A stretch of DNA of 64,000 bases from Phycisphaerae bacterium (GCA_963666835.2 CAXXGO010000006.1:480001-544000), one strand, 5' to 3'. Shown: positions 8,930-18,777, numbered from the stretch's first letter. Notes: a model not told the origin generated them from the sequence alone. Numbers and translations: made by a program.

Positions 8930-11617
8930 TCACGAGGCCGGCAAAGGGTCCAGAGGGGTCAGGTCTTCAATAAACCCGGCCAAAGCCCGTTTTTGGGCGG
9001 CTTCCGGGTCATCGGCCAGGTCGAAAGCGAGCTGCTCGAACCGCAGTTCCGCCTGCCGGAGCGCCTCGACGATGTCCGGATCAAACTGCAGCCCTGAAAG
9101 CTCAAAGATGATCCCTATCGCGATATCGTGCGGAATCGGCTCCTTGTAGACGCGCCTGGTGGTGAGGGCGTCGTAGACATCCGCCACGGCGGCAATACGG
9201 GCCGCCAGGGGAATCTCGTCCCCGGTAAGCCCCTGCGGATAACCGCGTCCGTTGTACCATTCGTGATGTCCGCCGGCGATTTCCTCGGCCATGGACAGGA
9301 ATCGGGCGTTGGGCGTCCGCGACAGTACCGTCCGCAACGTGTTGGCGCCGATTCTCGTGTGATTGCGCATCACTCCGCGCTGCTGGTCCGTGAGAGGTCC
9401 CGGCTTGTTGAGAATCTGGTCGGGGATTCCAACCTTGCCAATATCGTGCAGCGGCGCGGCCCGGACGAGGTCCTGGATGAACGCTTCGGTAATAAGCGAC
9501 TTATACCGGTCACTCTCTTGAAGCTGTCGAGCCAGCGCCAGACAGAACTGGGTCACACGTTCGACATGCTGTGAAGTATCGGAGTCGCGGTACTCGGCCA
9601 GCTTTGCTAACGCAATGACGATAGACTCCTGGGCGTCGTCACGAGCCCGGCGGGTCAGGCGTTCATCGATAGCCGCCGCGGCGGCGCTGGAGATCAGATC
9701 CAGGTACCCGAGCTGGTGCGGGGCGAACCGCGTACCCCCGCGGTAACCGGCAACGTGCAACACGCCGACCGTCGACTCCGAAACCCGCATCGCTTTCGAA
9801 ACCAAGGGGAAGCCGTCGAACAAAGAGGCGTCCGCCTCGGGGTGATGGCCGGTCATATCCCCGGCGTCGTTCAGCACGAGCGTGCTTCCTTCGCTGAAGA
9901 CCTTCCCGGTAATCTCCGCACCGACCGGCACGCAGATCGGGTCGTCATTCTTGAGGTTGATTCCCACAGCTCGGGCTATGGTCATGAGTTCCCGCTTCGG
10001 ATCGGGGAGCAGAATTGCCACGCGGGCACAGCAGGTCAGCTCGGACGTAACCTGCAGGGTCCGTTCGAGTATGGCGTTCATACTCGGTGCGATGGCCAGA
10101 TCACGCGAATAGTCCAGGAGCAGACTCAACGCCCTGCTCTGTTCACCGCGCACTTCGTAGCTGCTGGTCAGGGCCAAGTCGCTACGCGATAAACGAAGCA
10201 TGGACCTGATCCGCACGAGAAGTTCGCGCGCGTCGACGGGCTTGTTGAGGTACTCGTCCGCACCGGCCTCGATACAGGTTTCGACATCCGTCGCGTCCGT
10301 CCGGGCGGTGGTCATCACTACGGGGATCTCGCGCGTATCCGGATTACTCTTGAGAAGCCGAGTGCATTCCGGACCGGACATCTCCGGCATGTTCGTGTCC
10401 ATGAGTACGACGTCCGGACGAACGACCCCGATCAGGCTCAGGGCTTCGCGTCCGTTGACCGCCTCCGTCACCTCGTATCCGGCCCGCTCGAGGAAAGCGC
10501 GATACAACGTCCGATCGGCGCCGCTGTCATCAACTATCAGAACATGTGCGCCCTGCTCGGCAGCATAACCGGAGCTTGGCGTTGTCGGCTTCTGAACGGT
10601 GCCCTCGGGGGCCGCGTGTGCTGCAATCCCGCCGGCCGAGCACACCTTGTTTCGCCCCGAGTCTTTGGCAATGTAAAGAGCCTCGTCGGCCACCCGAAGC
10701 AAATCGTCGACGCGAGTCATGCTCACCGTACGTTCGGCGACCCCGAGGCTCACAGTAACGCGGAGTTCCAGCTCGTCGGTCCGGATCACGGATTCTTCAA
10801 TACTCCGACGAAGCTGTTCCGCCAGTTCAACCGCCGCCGGCTCCGAGCATCGCGGGCAGACAATCAGAAACTCCTCCCCGCCGATGCGGCAGACCAGCGC
10901 ACCTTCCGGCGTCATTGTCCGGAGCATTCGGGCCGTGTCCTTGAGAACGAGATCACCCACTGCATGCCCGTAGACGTCGTTGAAGCTCTTGAAATGGTCG
11001 ATATCCAAGGCGACGCACGCCAACATGCGGTCCTTAGCCTTCTTTGCCGTCCACAGTTCCTCCAAGCGAATCAGCGCCTCTCGCCGGTTAGTCAGACCGG
11101 TCAGCTCGTCGGTCGTCGCCATCCGATTGAGGGTCTCGTTGGCGTCGGCCAATCTCGAATGCGCAATCGCCATCTCGGCGTTGAAGCGGTGGACCTCGCG
11201 GTTTCTCCGGTCGACATCCTCTTTAAGACGGATGATCCGCTGACCGGCCCGGATTCGAGCCATCAAAGAACACCGCTTCATCGGCTTGATAATGAAGTCG
11301 TCCGCCCCGGCGTCGAATGCCTCAACCATGCTCTCGTCGTCACTCCGTACCGTGACGATGATGACGTAGGTGAAGGGGATGCCCTCGTGGCTGCGGATGG
11401 CCCGGCACAGCTCCAGCCCATCCATCTCGGGCATCATCCAATCGGTGACGACCATTGAAGGGCCCTTGTCCAGGATCGTCTTGAGCGCGTCCTTGCCATT
11501 CACCGCGGTCAGTACTTCATGTCCCTCCCGCGTCAGAAACGCCGACAGAAGCGTTACCGCCGCCGGATCGTCATCGACTACCAGAACCCGGAGCTTCTCG
11601 CGCTCAACCTCGTACAT
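8930..11617 (-). CDS. c-di-GMP signalling protein REC-GGDEF-REC-GAF-HD-GYP
   Basis: REC1 VVDDD/TDWMMP/IKP; DELTGLTNRR, DIDHFKSFNDVYGH, GGEEF; REC2 IVDDS/MDTNMP/NKP; GAF-like segment; HDIGK and HHEWYNGRGYP. Confidence 0.92.
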   Translation of the reverse strand: MYEVEREKLRVLVVDDDPAAVTLLSAFLTREGHEVLTAVNGKDALKTILDKGPSMVVTDWMMPEMDGLELCRAIRSHEGIPFTYVIIVTVRSDDESMVEAFDAGADDFIIKPMKRCSLMARIRAGQRIIRLKEDVDRRNREVHRFNAEMAIAHSRLADANETLNRMATTDELTGLTNRREALIRLEELWTAKKAKDRMLACVALDIDHFKSFNDVYGHAVGDLVLKDTARMLRTMTPEGALVCRIGGEEFLIVCPRCSEPAAVELAEQLRRSIEESVIRTDELELRVTVSLGVAERTVSMTRVDDLLRVADEALYIAKDSGRNKVCSAGGIAAHAAPEGTVQKPTTPSSGYAAEQGAHVLIVDDSGADRTLYRAFLERAGYEVTEAVNGREALSLIGVVRPDVVLMDTNMPEMSGPECTRLLKSNPDTREIPVVMTTARTDATDVETCIEAGADEYLNKPVDARELLVRIRSMLRLSRSDLALTSSYEVRGEQSRALSLLLDYSRDLAIAPSMNAILERTLQVTSELTCCARVAILLPDPKRELMTIARAVGINLKNDDPICVPVGAEITGKVFSEGSTLVLNDAGDMTGHHPEADASLFDGFPLVSKAMRVSESTVGVLHVAGYRGGTRFAPHQLGYLDLISSAAAAAIDERLTRRARDDAQESIVIALAKLAEYRDSDTSQHVERVTQFCLALARQLQESDRYKSLITEAFIQDLVRAAPLHDIGKVGIPDQILNKPGPLTDQQRGVMRNHTRIGANTLRTVLSRTPNARFLSMAEEIAGGHHEWYNGRGYPQGLTGDEIPLAARIAAVADVYDALTTRRVYKEPIPHDIAIGIIFELSGLQFDPDIVEALRQAELRFEQLAFDLADDPEAAQKRALAGFIEDLTPLDPLPAS

Positions 11618-12632
11618 CAGCCCCCCCTGCGTCAATCGTTGACTCCACGGATACGTCCGTGGTGAAACCAAGCCGGCCTTGCTGCGCCACGGCTTCCCCC
11701 ATGATCTCGGCCAACGGCGGAACTCGGCGAGTGCGAATCGCGAAGATCGTCCCGGCCTCTCGCCATTCGCGGCTTATCGAATCGAACATCTCGTTGTACG
11801 TCCCCGGAGGAATCCCCAGCCCGGCAGCTCGGACCACGAAATCGGAAAGAACCTCAGTATGTGCGTTCGGTCGCGGCAACACCCGAGCGATCCCGCCGGC
11901 GAGCTGCAAGATCCGCGCGAACGACAGGGAACGCGATCCCTGCTCCAACTCCCCGGAATTGGGATGCAGTTGGTGTCGAACCGCCAGACAAAAGACCTCC
12001 GGAAGATGCCAGCCGTTCATCATCTCCGCAGTCATCGCGCAGTGGTCGATTCCGAACGTCGCTACCTCACGTTCCGCCAGCCGATTGCGACTATCTTGCG
12101 ACCATGCACTCAGCACCTCCCCATAGGATTCCGGGCAGGCGACGGCGAACGCCAATCGTCCGATCTGCCCCAGCAGCCCGCACCCGAAGGCCTCGTCCGG
12201 GGCGAAGCTCCCCAACCGGCCGGCCAGATGACGCGAAGCCACCCCGTACGCCAACGACTCCGCCCAGAACAGGTCGTAATCGAAACCCCGGCAGGAACCC
12301 TGGCGATTGTCCGAAACCAGAGAGAAGCCCAAAGCCAGCGAAGTAACCGCACGGGTCCCCAGAAAAGTCACTGCTCGTTGAATCGATGCGATCCGCCGAT
12401 TCGCCCCGGCCAGGGGCGTGTTCGCAACTTTGAGCAGCCGCGCGGCGATGGCCGGATCGCACTCGATCGCCGCTGCGATGGTCTTCATCGTCGCCGCGTC
12501 GTCGCGGGAAAGCTGCAATATGCGCAACGCGACGCCCTTCGGAGACGGTAGACTCCCCTGATCGCGTATTCTCTCGAAGGCTCGGCGGACATCCGCCGAC
12601 GGCTCGGTTGCTGCCTGCACCAAGTTATGCAT
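11604..12632 (-). CDS. HDOD domain protein
   Basis: LPSPKGVALRIL, IECDPAIAARLLKVAN, AVTFLG, EAFGCGLLGQIG, GIDH, WHLPE. Overlaps the next gene across a G7 tract. Confidence 0.9.
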   Translation of the reverse strand: MHNLVQAATEPSADVRRAFERIRDQGSLPSPKGVALRILQLSRDDAATMKTIAAAIECDPAIAARLLKVANTPLAGANRRIASIQRAVTFLGTRAVTSLALGFSLVSDNRQGSCRGFDYDLFWAESLAYGVASRHLAGRLGSFAPDEAFGCGLLGQIGRLAFAVACPESYGEVLSAWSQDSRNRLAEREVATFGIDHCAMTAEMMNGWHLPEVFCLAVRHQLHPNSGELEQGSRSLSFARILQLAGGIARVLPRPNAHTEVLSDFVVRAAGLGIPPGTYNEMFDSISREWREAGTIFAIRTRRVPPLAEIMGEAVAQQGRLGFTTDVSVESTIDAGGADVRG

Positions 12633-13034
12633 CGGTCCCCCCGACCTGCCACTTACGGCCCTGTTTCGAGTCCCACGACTTGCCCGAAGTGAACTGCCCC
12701 GACTCAGGCTGCCGACCCTCGAGCCGGCACCACTCGGCAGAAACCCCGGTGCGGCCTCCCCTCCGTAAATGCCCTGGTGAATACTTCGTCCCTTTACGAC
12801 CGGAAGCTGAGATAGAAGAGGCGGCCGGCTCGACTGCCGTAAGCGAAAGGTGCTCCCGGTGGACGTCCGGAAACCGAAGACTACGATTGCGTTCCCGAAC
12901 CGCCGGTTATTCGGGACGTTCTAACCATAACAAGATCCTATAATCGCCAGCCAACCCCCCGGCGCGGTATCAGGTGGCTCGCGGTTACAAAGAAAGAACG
13001 GCCGTCCGACGCCGCAGAGAGGAAAAGGCCCGAA

Positions 13035-13760
13035 ATGACCAATGCTCGATCTAGTATGGACCGAATCGACGAGAGCATGCGCGAGCCGGTCGGTCATCTC
13101 ATAGACGTGGTTACCGAGGCGACGGGCGGTGGAGCAAAGTCCCTGGCCCTCTTCGGGGCGATTGCCGCAGGGTCCTTCGATCGAAGCCGGCACACGGCGC
13201 GGAGCGTTCTGGTGGTCGAGCGGGTGGATCTGACGGCACTGCAACGGCTGGCCCAACACGGGCTGAAGCTCGGCAAGAGCCGCATTGCCGCCCCGCTGAT
13301 TATGACGCCGGCGTACATCAAGTCCTCGCTCGACACCTTCCCGCTGGAGATGATCGAGATTCACCAAAACCATATCACCGTGCTCGGCGAGGAGTACTTC
13401 GACAAACTCACTTTCGACGAAGCCCACATTCGCCTGCAGTGCGAACGCGAGCTGAAGACCATTCTGATCGGCCTTCGGCAGGGGCTCCTGGCCGCGACCG
13501 GAAGCGAGAAGCTTCTCGGAGCCCTCGCGCAAGACGTTGGCGAAGGCCTGATGCGCACGTTGCGCGGGCTGCTGTGGCTCAAAGGACAACGCGATGCCAA
13601 GCCGGCCGCGACGGTGATTACCGAAGTTGAGAAGATTGCCGAACGCGAGCTGCCCGGAATTCGTACCGCCCTGGATGGTAACGCCGCCCACGGCTGGCCC
13701 GAATTCGAGCGGCTCTACCGGGATGTCGAAGCCATCGGGGAGGTCGCCGATGCCTGGTAA
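13035..13760 (+). CDS. Nucleotidyltransferase-like hypothetical protein, first gene of the TPM/LemA operon
   Basis: SLALFGAIAAG and SSLDTFPLE...LRLQCERELK-like segments. The NTase acidic residues appear degenerate. Overlaps the next gene. Confidence 0.65.
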   Translation: MTNARSSMDRIDESMREPVGHLIDVVTEATGGGAKSLALFGAIAAGSFDRSRHTARSVLVVERVDLTALQRLAQHGLKLGKSRIAAPLIMTPAYIKSSLDTFPLEMIEIHQNHITVLGEEYFDKLTFDEAHIRLQCERELKTILIGLRQGLLAATGSEKLLGALAQDVGEGLMRTLRGLLWLKGQRDAKPAATVITEVEKIAERELPGIRTALDGNAAHGWPEFERLYRDVEAIGEVADAW

Positions 13761-14598
13761 GACTCTAGCGATGATGTCGGTGCTGTTCGCTCTGGCGGCC
13801 GTGGCTCGAGGTGAGGTCACCATTCCGGACTCTGGCCGGTTCGTGATGGACCAGGCCGGCATTATCGATGCATCCCATGAAAGGCTGATCGAGGGTTGGT
13901 TGGGCGAACTCCAGCAGAAGACTCGGGTCCAAATCAAACTGCTCACCGTTACCACAACAGACGGCGAGGATTTCTTCGGTTTCGTTCAACGGCACGCCGA
14001 GCTGTGGAAGCTGGGGCTTAAAGGGCAGGACAACGGCGCGCTGATCGCGGTTCTGCCCAAGGTCGGGAGCCGGAAGGGACAGGTCCGCATTCACACCGGC
14101 TATGGCATGGAGGCGGTGCTCCCGGATTCCTGGTGCGGGGCTGTCTCGCGCGATGTCGTTCAAGAGTACTTCCGCGAAGGGCGGGTGTCTGAAGGGTCTG
14201 CCCGCCTCGTCGCCACGGTGGCCAATAAGGTCGCCCAAAGTGCGAATGTCAGTCTAAGCGGGCTATCGAATCAGCCGCAGCCAGGTCGCCACTCCCGCCG
14301 GGTTCCCAAAGGCGGGCTGGCGTGTGGCGGCATGGTGCCCTTCATCGTGCTTCTTCTGGTGTTCTCATCGATGGGGCGGCGAGGTCGCTATCGCGGGGCG
14401 TGGGGCGGGGGAGGTCTCTGGCAGGGACTGCTGCTCGGCAGCATATTGAGCAACTCGATGGGCCGGCGAGGTTCATCGTGGGGCGGCGGGTTCGGAGGAG
14501 GCGGGTTCGGTGGCGGAGGATTCGGGGGAGGTTTCGGAGGCGGGGGCTTCGGTGGAGGAGGCGGATTCGGTGGGGGCGGCGGCGGAGCGAGTTGGTAA
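13750..14598 (+). CDS. TPM domain protein with TM helix and Gly-rich tail
   Basis: FVMDQAGII, WKLGLKGQDNGALI, RIHTGYGMEAVLPD, GGGFGGGGGGASW terminus. Confidence 0.9.
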   Translation: MPGKTLAMMSVLFALAAVARGEVTIPDSGRFVMDQAGIIDASHERLIEGWLGELQQKTRVQIKLLTVTTTDGEDFFGFVQRHAELWKLGLKGQDNGALIAVLPKVGSRKGQVRIHTGYGMEAVLPDSWCGAVSRDVVQEYFREGRVSEGSARLVATVANKVAQSANVSLSGLSNQPQPGRHSRRVPKGGLACGGMVPFIVLLLVFSSMGRRGRYRGAWGGGGLWQGLLLGSILSNSMGRRGSSWGGGFGGGGFGGGGFGGGFGGGGFGGGGGFGGGGGGASW

Positions 14599-14664
14599 CT
14601 AAGAAGAATGATCGGGCGATGGTTGGATAATCGTCCTTACACCTCTTCCGAAAGGTCGAGAACT

Positions 14665-15261
14665 ATGAGCATTGGAAAAGTACTGGTCATAATCCTGCTG
14701 GCGCTACTGTGTGCGCTGGTCATTGTGGGTGGATGCGTCTACCGCGGCTACAACCAGGCGATTACTCTGGATGAGAACGTCCAAGCCGCCTGGGCCCAGG
14801 TCGACAACCAGCTCCAAAGGCGCTTCGAACTGATCCCCAACCTCGTGGAAACGGTCAAGGGCTTCGCCGCCCAGGAAGAGAAGGTCTTCCTCGGTATCGC
14901 CGACGCCCGTAAGTCGTATTTTCAGGCGGGATCGGTCCAGCAGAAGGCCAAGGCCGCGGGCATGTTCGAGTCTGCGCTGTCGCGTCTGCTGGTTCTGCGG
15001 GAGACATACCCCCAGCTCAAGTCGAACGAATCGTTCCTGAAGCTGCAGGACTCTTTGGAGGGCACCGAAAACCGCCTGTCCGTCGAGCGCAAGCGATATA
15101 ACGACGCGGTTAAGCAACTCAACACGTTCACGCGCCGATTGCTCGGGCGGTTCTACGCCGGCTTGGCCGGAGTCGAAAAGGCGGAGTACTTCGAAGTCAC
15201 GGAAGAAGCCAAGACCGCGCCCAAAGTCGACTTCACCCCCGAGCCCCCAAGCGGGGGGTAG
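14665..15261 (+). CDS. lemA: LemA family protein
   Basis: AWAQVDNQLQRRFELIPNLVETVKG, ETYPQLKSN, LEGTENRLSVERKRYN. Confidence 0.95.
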   Translation: MSIGKVLVIILLALLCALVIVGGCVYRGYNQAITLDENVQAAWAQVDNQLQRRFELIPNLVETVKGFAAQEEKVFLGIADARKSYFQAGSVQQKAKAAGMFESALSRLLVLRETYPQLKSNESFLKLQDSLEGTENRLSVERKRYNDAVKQLNTFTRRLLGRFYAGLAGVEKAEYFEVTEEAKTAPKVDFTPEPPSGG

Positions 15262-15293
15262 CTGCCGTTTGCCAGGAGAAGGTGACGAATACG

Positions 15294-15605
15294 ATGGATC
15301 TGATGAACACACGAATCCTCGATCTGCTAATCGATGACGACGAGCAACTTGAGGAGCTGTTTCTCGGTGTGAACTTCCGCCAGGAAGACAATGTGTTCAT
15401 GCGTTATCGTGTATCCATACGAATGACCGAACTGGTCCTGCTGCTCAAGAGACTGGAGGACGACGGCATTATCGAGGTCAAGCGGGCCAGAGGATACGAA
15501 GATGATGCGGACATCGCGGGGGCGCTATTCTGTCTCACGAGTCGCGGCCGGAGTATGTGGAATCCTGAGACCTCGCGCCTGCCGGGACTCTACGAACTCG
15601 CATGA
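15294..15605 (+). CDS. Small hypothetical protein, possibly winged-helix-like
   Basis: SD-like GGAGAAGGTGA upstream; LKRLEDDGIIEV...FCLTSRG pattern resembles a wHTH wing. Confidence 0.55.
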   Translation: MDLMNTRILDLLIDDDEQLEELFLGVNFRQEDNVFMRYRVSIRMTELVLLLKRLEDDGIIEVKRARGYEDDADIAGALFCLTSRGRSMWNPETSRLPGLYELA

Positions 15606-15694
15606 AGCCAAGCCAAGAAGGTTGGGCTCCGGCCAACACCTCCCGGAATTGGTTTGGCGGGTGGGGAATCGATGGTGGAAGGTGGGTGCCTGTC

Positions 15695-15813
15695 GGATTC
15701 TCGTCCATTCCCCACCCATTCCGGCGGCGAATGGGGGCGGCTGTTCGAACCCAACAAACGCCGGTATGGGGCACCCGCGCCAAGTAGGGCACGGTCGAGG
15801 CACGAGACCTGCC
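15695..15813. repeat. Mosaic REP block 2 (family C then family A)
   Basis: CCCACCCATTCCGGC...GCCGGTATGGGGCACCCGCGC at ~15711-15780, then GTAGGGCACGGTCGAGGCACGAGACCTGCC at 15784-15813. Confidence 0.85.
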
Positions 15814-15860
15814 GCAAAGACTGACGTTCTTCCCCCGAATCCACCCACGCCGCGCATAGG

Positions 15861-15884
15861 AAAAGGGGGGCGTTTGCCCCCCTC
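15861..15884 (-). terminator. Intrinsic terminator after tsf
   Basis: Minus strand AGGGGGGC-AAAC-GCCCCCCTTTT. Confidence 0.7.
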
Positions 15885-15947
15885 TCTGAGTCTTCTGCCC
15901 GACCAATGCCGGCCGGCATACTGTCGAAAGCGTCTGCGTACTGACGG

Positions 15948-16781
15948 TTAACCGCCGACCTTCACTACTGCCAGATCGGTAACCGCGTTCACCCCGGCCG
16001 CCTTTAGCACGTCGCCGACTTTGGCCTTACCGTAGTCGTCCGTCTTGACGTGCAACTGCTCCATCAAGACTCGCTCGGAATAGTAGGCGTTGACCTTGCC
16101 CTCGGCGATCTTGGCCACGATCTGCTCCGGCTTGCCTTCGGCCTTGGCCATCTCGACAGCCTGCTCGCGGACCTTCTCGATGTCCGCGGCGGAGACGCCG
16201 GCGCGATCCACAGCCACCGGCTTGGTAAACACCGTATGCATGCAGAGGTCCGCAGCAACGTTCTTGTCAGACTTCGGCTCGGCGTCCAGAGCCAGCAGCA
16301 CACCGATCTTGCCATCGTGATGCAGGTACGACGCGAGATACTCGCCCTGCATCCGCCGGCACGAGGTCAGATTCATGTTCTCCCGCAGTTTGCCGAACAC
16401 ATCCGTGAACTTGGTGTCCAGCTCCGGATCCTTGCGGACTTCTTCAGGGTTCGGCGAAGTCTCCGTGCCGGCCGCCACCTTGCGGGCGAACGCGTCGGCA
16501 AGCTCGATGAACAAATCGTTGTGGGCCACCGGAGCCGTCTCGCACTGCAGCTCGATAATGGCACCGACCTTCTTCGCGTCGTCGATGTAGATCCCGATTC
16601 GCCCCTCGCCCGTCGCGCGATCCGTACGGTCCGCGAGCTTGCCCTTGTGCTTCTTCCGCAGCCACTCCGTCGCGGCTTCCATCTCGCCGTTGCATTCGGT
16701 CAGCGCCTGCTTGCACTCCATCATCGGGAGATCGGTCTTGGCGCGCAGCTCCTTGACCATTTGAGCCGTAATACTTGCCAT
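15948..16781 (-). CDS. tsf: Elongation factor Ts
   Basis: MASITAQMVKELRAKTDLPMMECKQAL, EGRI, ELQCETAPVA, GKPEQIVAKIAEGK; directly follows rpsB. Confidence 0.96.
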   Translation of the reverse strand: MASITAQMVKELRAKTDLPMMECKQALTECNGEMEAATEWLRKKHKGKLADRTDRATGEGRIGIYIDDAKKVGAIIELQCETAPVAHNDLFIELADAFARKVAAGTETSPNPEEVRKDPELDTKFTDVFGKLRENMNLTSCRRMQGEYLASYLHHDGKIGVLLALDAEPKSDKNVAADLCMHTVFTKPVAVDRAGVSAADIEKVREQAVEMAKAEGKPEQIVAKIAEGKVNAYYSERVLMEQLHVKTDDYGKAKVGDVLKAAGVNAVTDLAVVKVGG

Positions 16782-16949
16782 CTTCAGATACCTTCCACAT
16801 TCCGGCCCGACGATACTCGCCGTGGCCATGCCGTCTCTAACAAACGGGGTCCGCGCGCTTCCGCGGGCCTGCCGCGCAATTGTTCCATGTTCAAATCAGG
16901 AAGGCCGCGTCAGACCGAGATCGCGGCCCTCGGAATCGATCCGGGGAGT

Positions 16950-17819
16950 CTACGACGACCCCTCGGCGCTCGAACCAGCGTCGACTGCCGGTGCCGTGGT
17001 TCCGGGTTCGGCCGCTTCAACCGGCGGCGGCGTACCCGCCGCGCCAACATCGGCTGCAACCGGCTCGGCCGGCGGTTTGGGCCGCCGTTCGCGCTTCTCG
17101 GCCGGCGGTCGATCCTCCTCCGGCGTCGGCACCTTCCGCGCCCGCTTGCCCTCTTCGATGGCATCGGTCAGATGGGTCAAAACGACCTCGATCGCCCTGA
17201 TCGCGTCGTCGTTACCCGGGATGGGCAAGTCGGCGAAATCGGGATCGCTGTCCGTGTCAATCAGGCAAATCGTCGGAATCCCCAGCTTCTTGGCTTCGCG
17301 CACCGCGTTGCGCTCCCGGTGTACGTCAATCACAACGACGGAACCCGGGAGTTTGGACATCGTGCGGATGCCCTCGAGGTTGCGTCTGATCTTGCGAAGC
17401 TCGCGTGCCCGCGACGCTATCATCTTCTTGCTGTACTCTAGTGCAGTGCCGTCGGCTTCCGCGGCCTCAAGTTCCTCGAGACGCGACAAACGCGATCGAA
17501 TCGTACGAAAGTTGGTTAAGGTCCCACCAAGCCAGCGCTCTGCCACGAAGGGCATGCCCGCCTGCCGCGCATGCTCCCGGATCTGTATCCGCGCCTGCCG
17601 CTTGGTACCTACAAACAAGACATCCTCACCCCGGGCCACCGATTGCGCGATGAACTTCTTCGCCCGCAACAGACCCAACACCGTCTCTCGAATGTCGAGG
17701 ATGTGGATCGTGTTGCGCTTCCCAAAGATGTACGGTGCCATCTTGGGATTCCAGCGGCTCGCGCGATGGCCGAAGTGAATACCAGAGTTCACTAGTTGCC
17801 GAACCAAATCCGAAGCCAA
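16950..17819 (-). CDS. rpsB: 30S ribosomal protein S2
   Basis: GIHFGH...WNPKMAPYIFG, FVGTKRQA, RWLGGTLTNF, IPGNDDAIRAI; TTG start after GGAGG. Confidence 0.98.
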   Translation of the reverse strand: MASDLVRQLVNSGIHFGHRASRWNPKMAPYIFGKRNTIHILDIRETVLGLLRAKKFIAQSVARGEDVLFVGTKRQARIQIREHARQAGMPFVAERWLGGTLTNFRTIRSRLSRLEELEAAEADGTALEYSKKMIASRARELRKIRRNLEGIRTMSKLPGSVVVIDVHRERNAVREAKKLGIPTICLIDTDSDPDFADLPIPGNDDAIRAIEVVLTHLTDAIEEGKRARKVPTPEEDRPPAEKRERRPKPPAEPVAADVGAAGTPPPVEAAEPGTTAPAVDAGSSAEGSS

Positions 17820-17879
17820 AAAAATACCTCCGAATAGGAGCCAAAAAAGAGCATACCGCTCGCGCGGTAACAGCCAAGA

Positions 17880-17907
17880 AGTCTAACAGATTGCCATGTG
17901 CCGGCAA
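17880..17907 (-). promoter_or_regulatory. Candidate sigma70 promoter for rpsB-tsf
   Basis: Minus strand TTGCCG-N16-TAGACT with TG directly upstream (extended -10). Confidence 0.55.
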
Positions 17908-17950
17908 GTCACAGGGGCGAAAGCGGCGGGAAAGAGGCTGAAACGAAGAT

Positions 17951-18187
17951 GGCCTGCACCAGCGCGGACCCGGCCGAAGGACCAATCGAGCGAACAAACG
18001 TTACTCTCTTCCGGAGGCGATACTCCCACTTTCAGGTACGACTGTCACCGAAACGGACACCGCTGTTAAGCACACCCCCGATGCCCAAACGCGCACAGGA
18101 TGGACCGATAACCGTATGATGACCATCGGGGAATCGCCGTAACCCAGTTCAAGCAATCGACTTACGATCGTGAGCGTTGCATGAGCC
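17951..18187 (-). ncRNA. ssrS: Probable 6S RNA
   Basis: Nested long-range complementarity: GGCU..UGCA/UGCAGGCC, AGUCGA/UCGAUU, UGAAC/GUUCG, GUUAC/GUAAC, GGCGAU/AUCGCC, CCCCGAUG/CAUCGGGG. 6S-like words CUUGAAC, CUUAACAGCGG, ACCUGAA. No credible ORF here. Confidence 0.55.
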
Positions 18188-18282
18188 GAAAGTGGTATTA
18201 CCTCGCGAAGCGGACCACGGCTCGAATCCGGAGGTTGCCGGGCGTCTGGTGCGAAAGAGGCGCGGAGGCGTATAATCGGACC

Positions 18283-18777
18283 ATGAGATTCCGCTCCGCG
18301 ACCAATGCCGATACCGCCGACATCAGGCGCGTGGCCTCCACCGTCCTGCTCGAATACGGTCTGGAAATCGATTGCGGCGGAGTGGACACCGATCTCGACG
18401 ATGTGGAGGCCGCCTACATCGAAACCGGCGGCGTCTTCGAGGTAATCGAGACCGATGAGGGGCGGATTGTCGGCACGGGTGGGATGGTGCCCAAGGGCGA
18501 TGGCGTAGCCGAGCTGCGTAAGATGTACCTGCTCCGCGAAGCGCGAGGAAAGGGCCTGGGAAAGACCATGCTCGACCGTTTGATTAGGAAGGCCAAATCG
18601 GCCGGCTTCCATCGCGTCGAGCTGGAGACTACGGGGGTACTGACGGAGGCGGCCGGGCTGTACAAACGCTATGGATTCCGGCCGATTCACCGCGAGCCAG
18701 CGGCATCACGGTGTGATCAAGCTCTGGCGCTCGATCTTCGCAAGTCCGCGGCCCAACTCAGCAAGACGGCACGGTGA
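18283..18777 (+). CDS. GNAT acetyltransferase
   Basis: AELRKMYLLREARGKGLGK, AAGLYKRYGF; TATAAT (18271-18276) ends 6 nt before the ATG. Confidence 0.9.
   Translation: MRFRSATNADTADIRRVASTVLLEYGLEIDCGGVDTDLDDVEAAYIETGGVFEVIETDEGRIVGTGGMVPKGDGVAELRKMYLLREARGKGLGKTMLDRLIRKAKSAGFHRVELETTGVLTEAAGLYKRYGFRPIHREPAASRCDQALALDLRKSAAQLSKTAR

Noticed and set aside
14480..14595. GGN-rich low-complexity tract as a DNA repeat element
   Set aside because: It is explained by the normal Gly-rich C-terminus of TPM-domain proteins.
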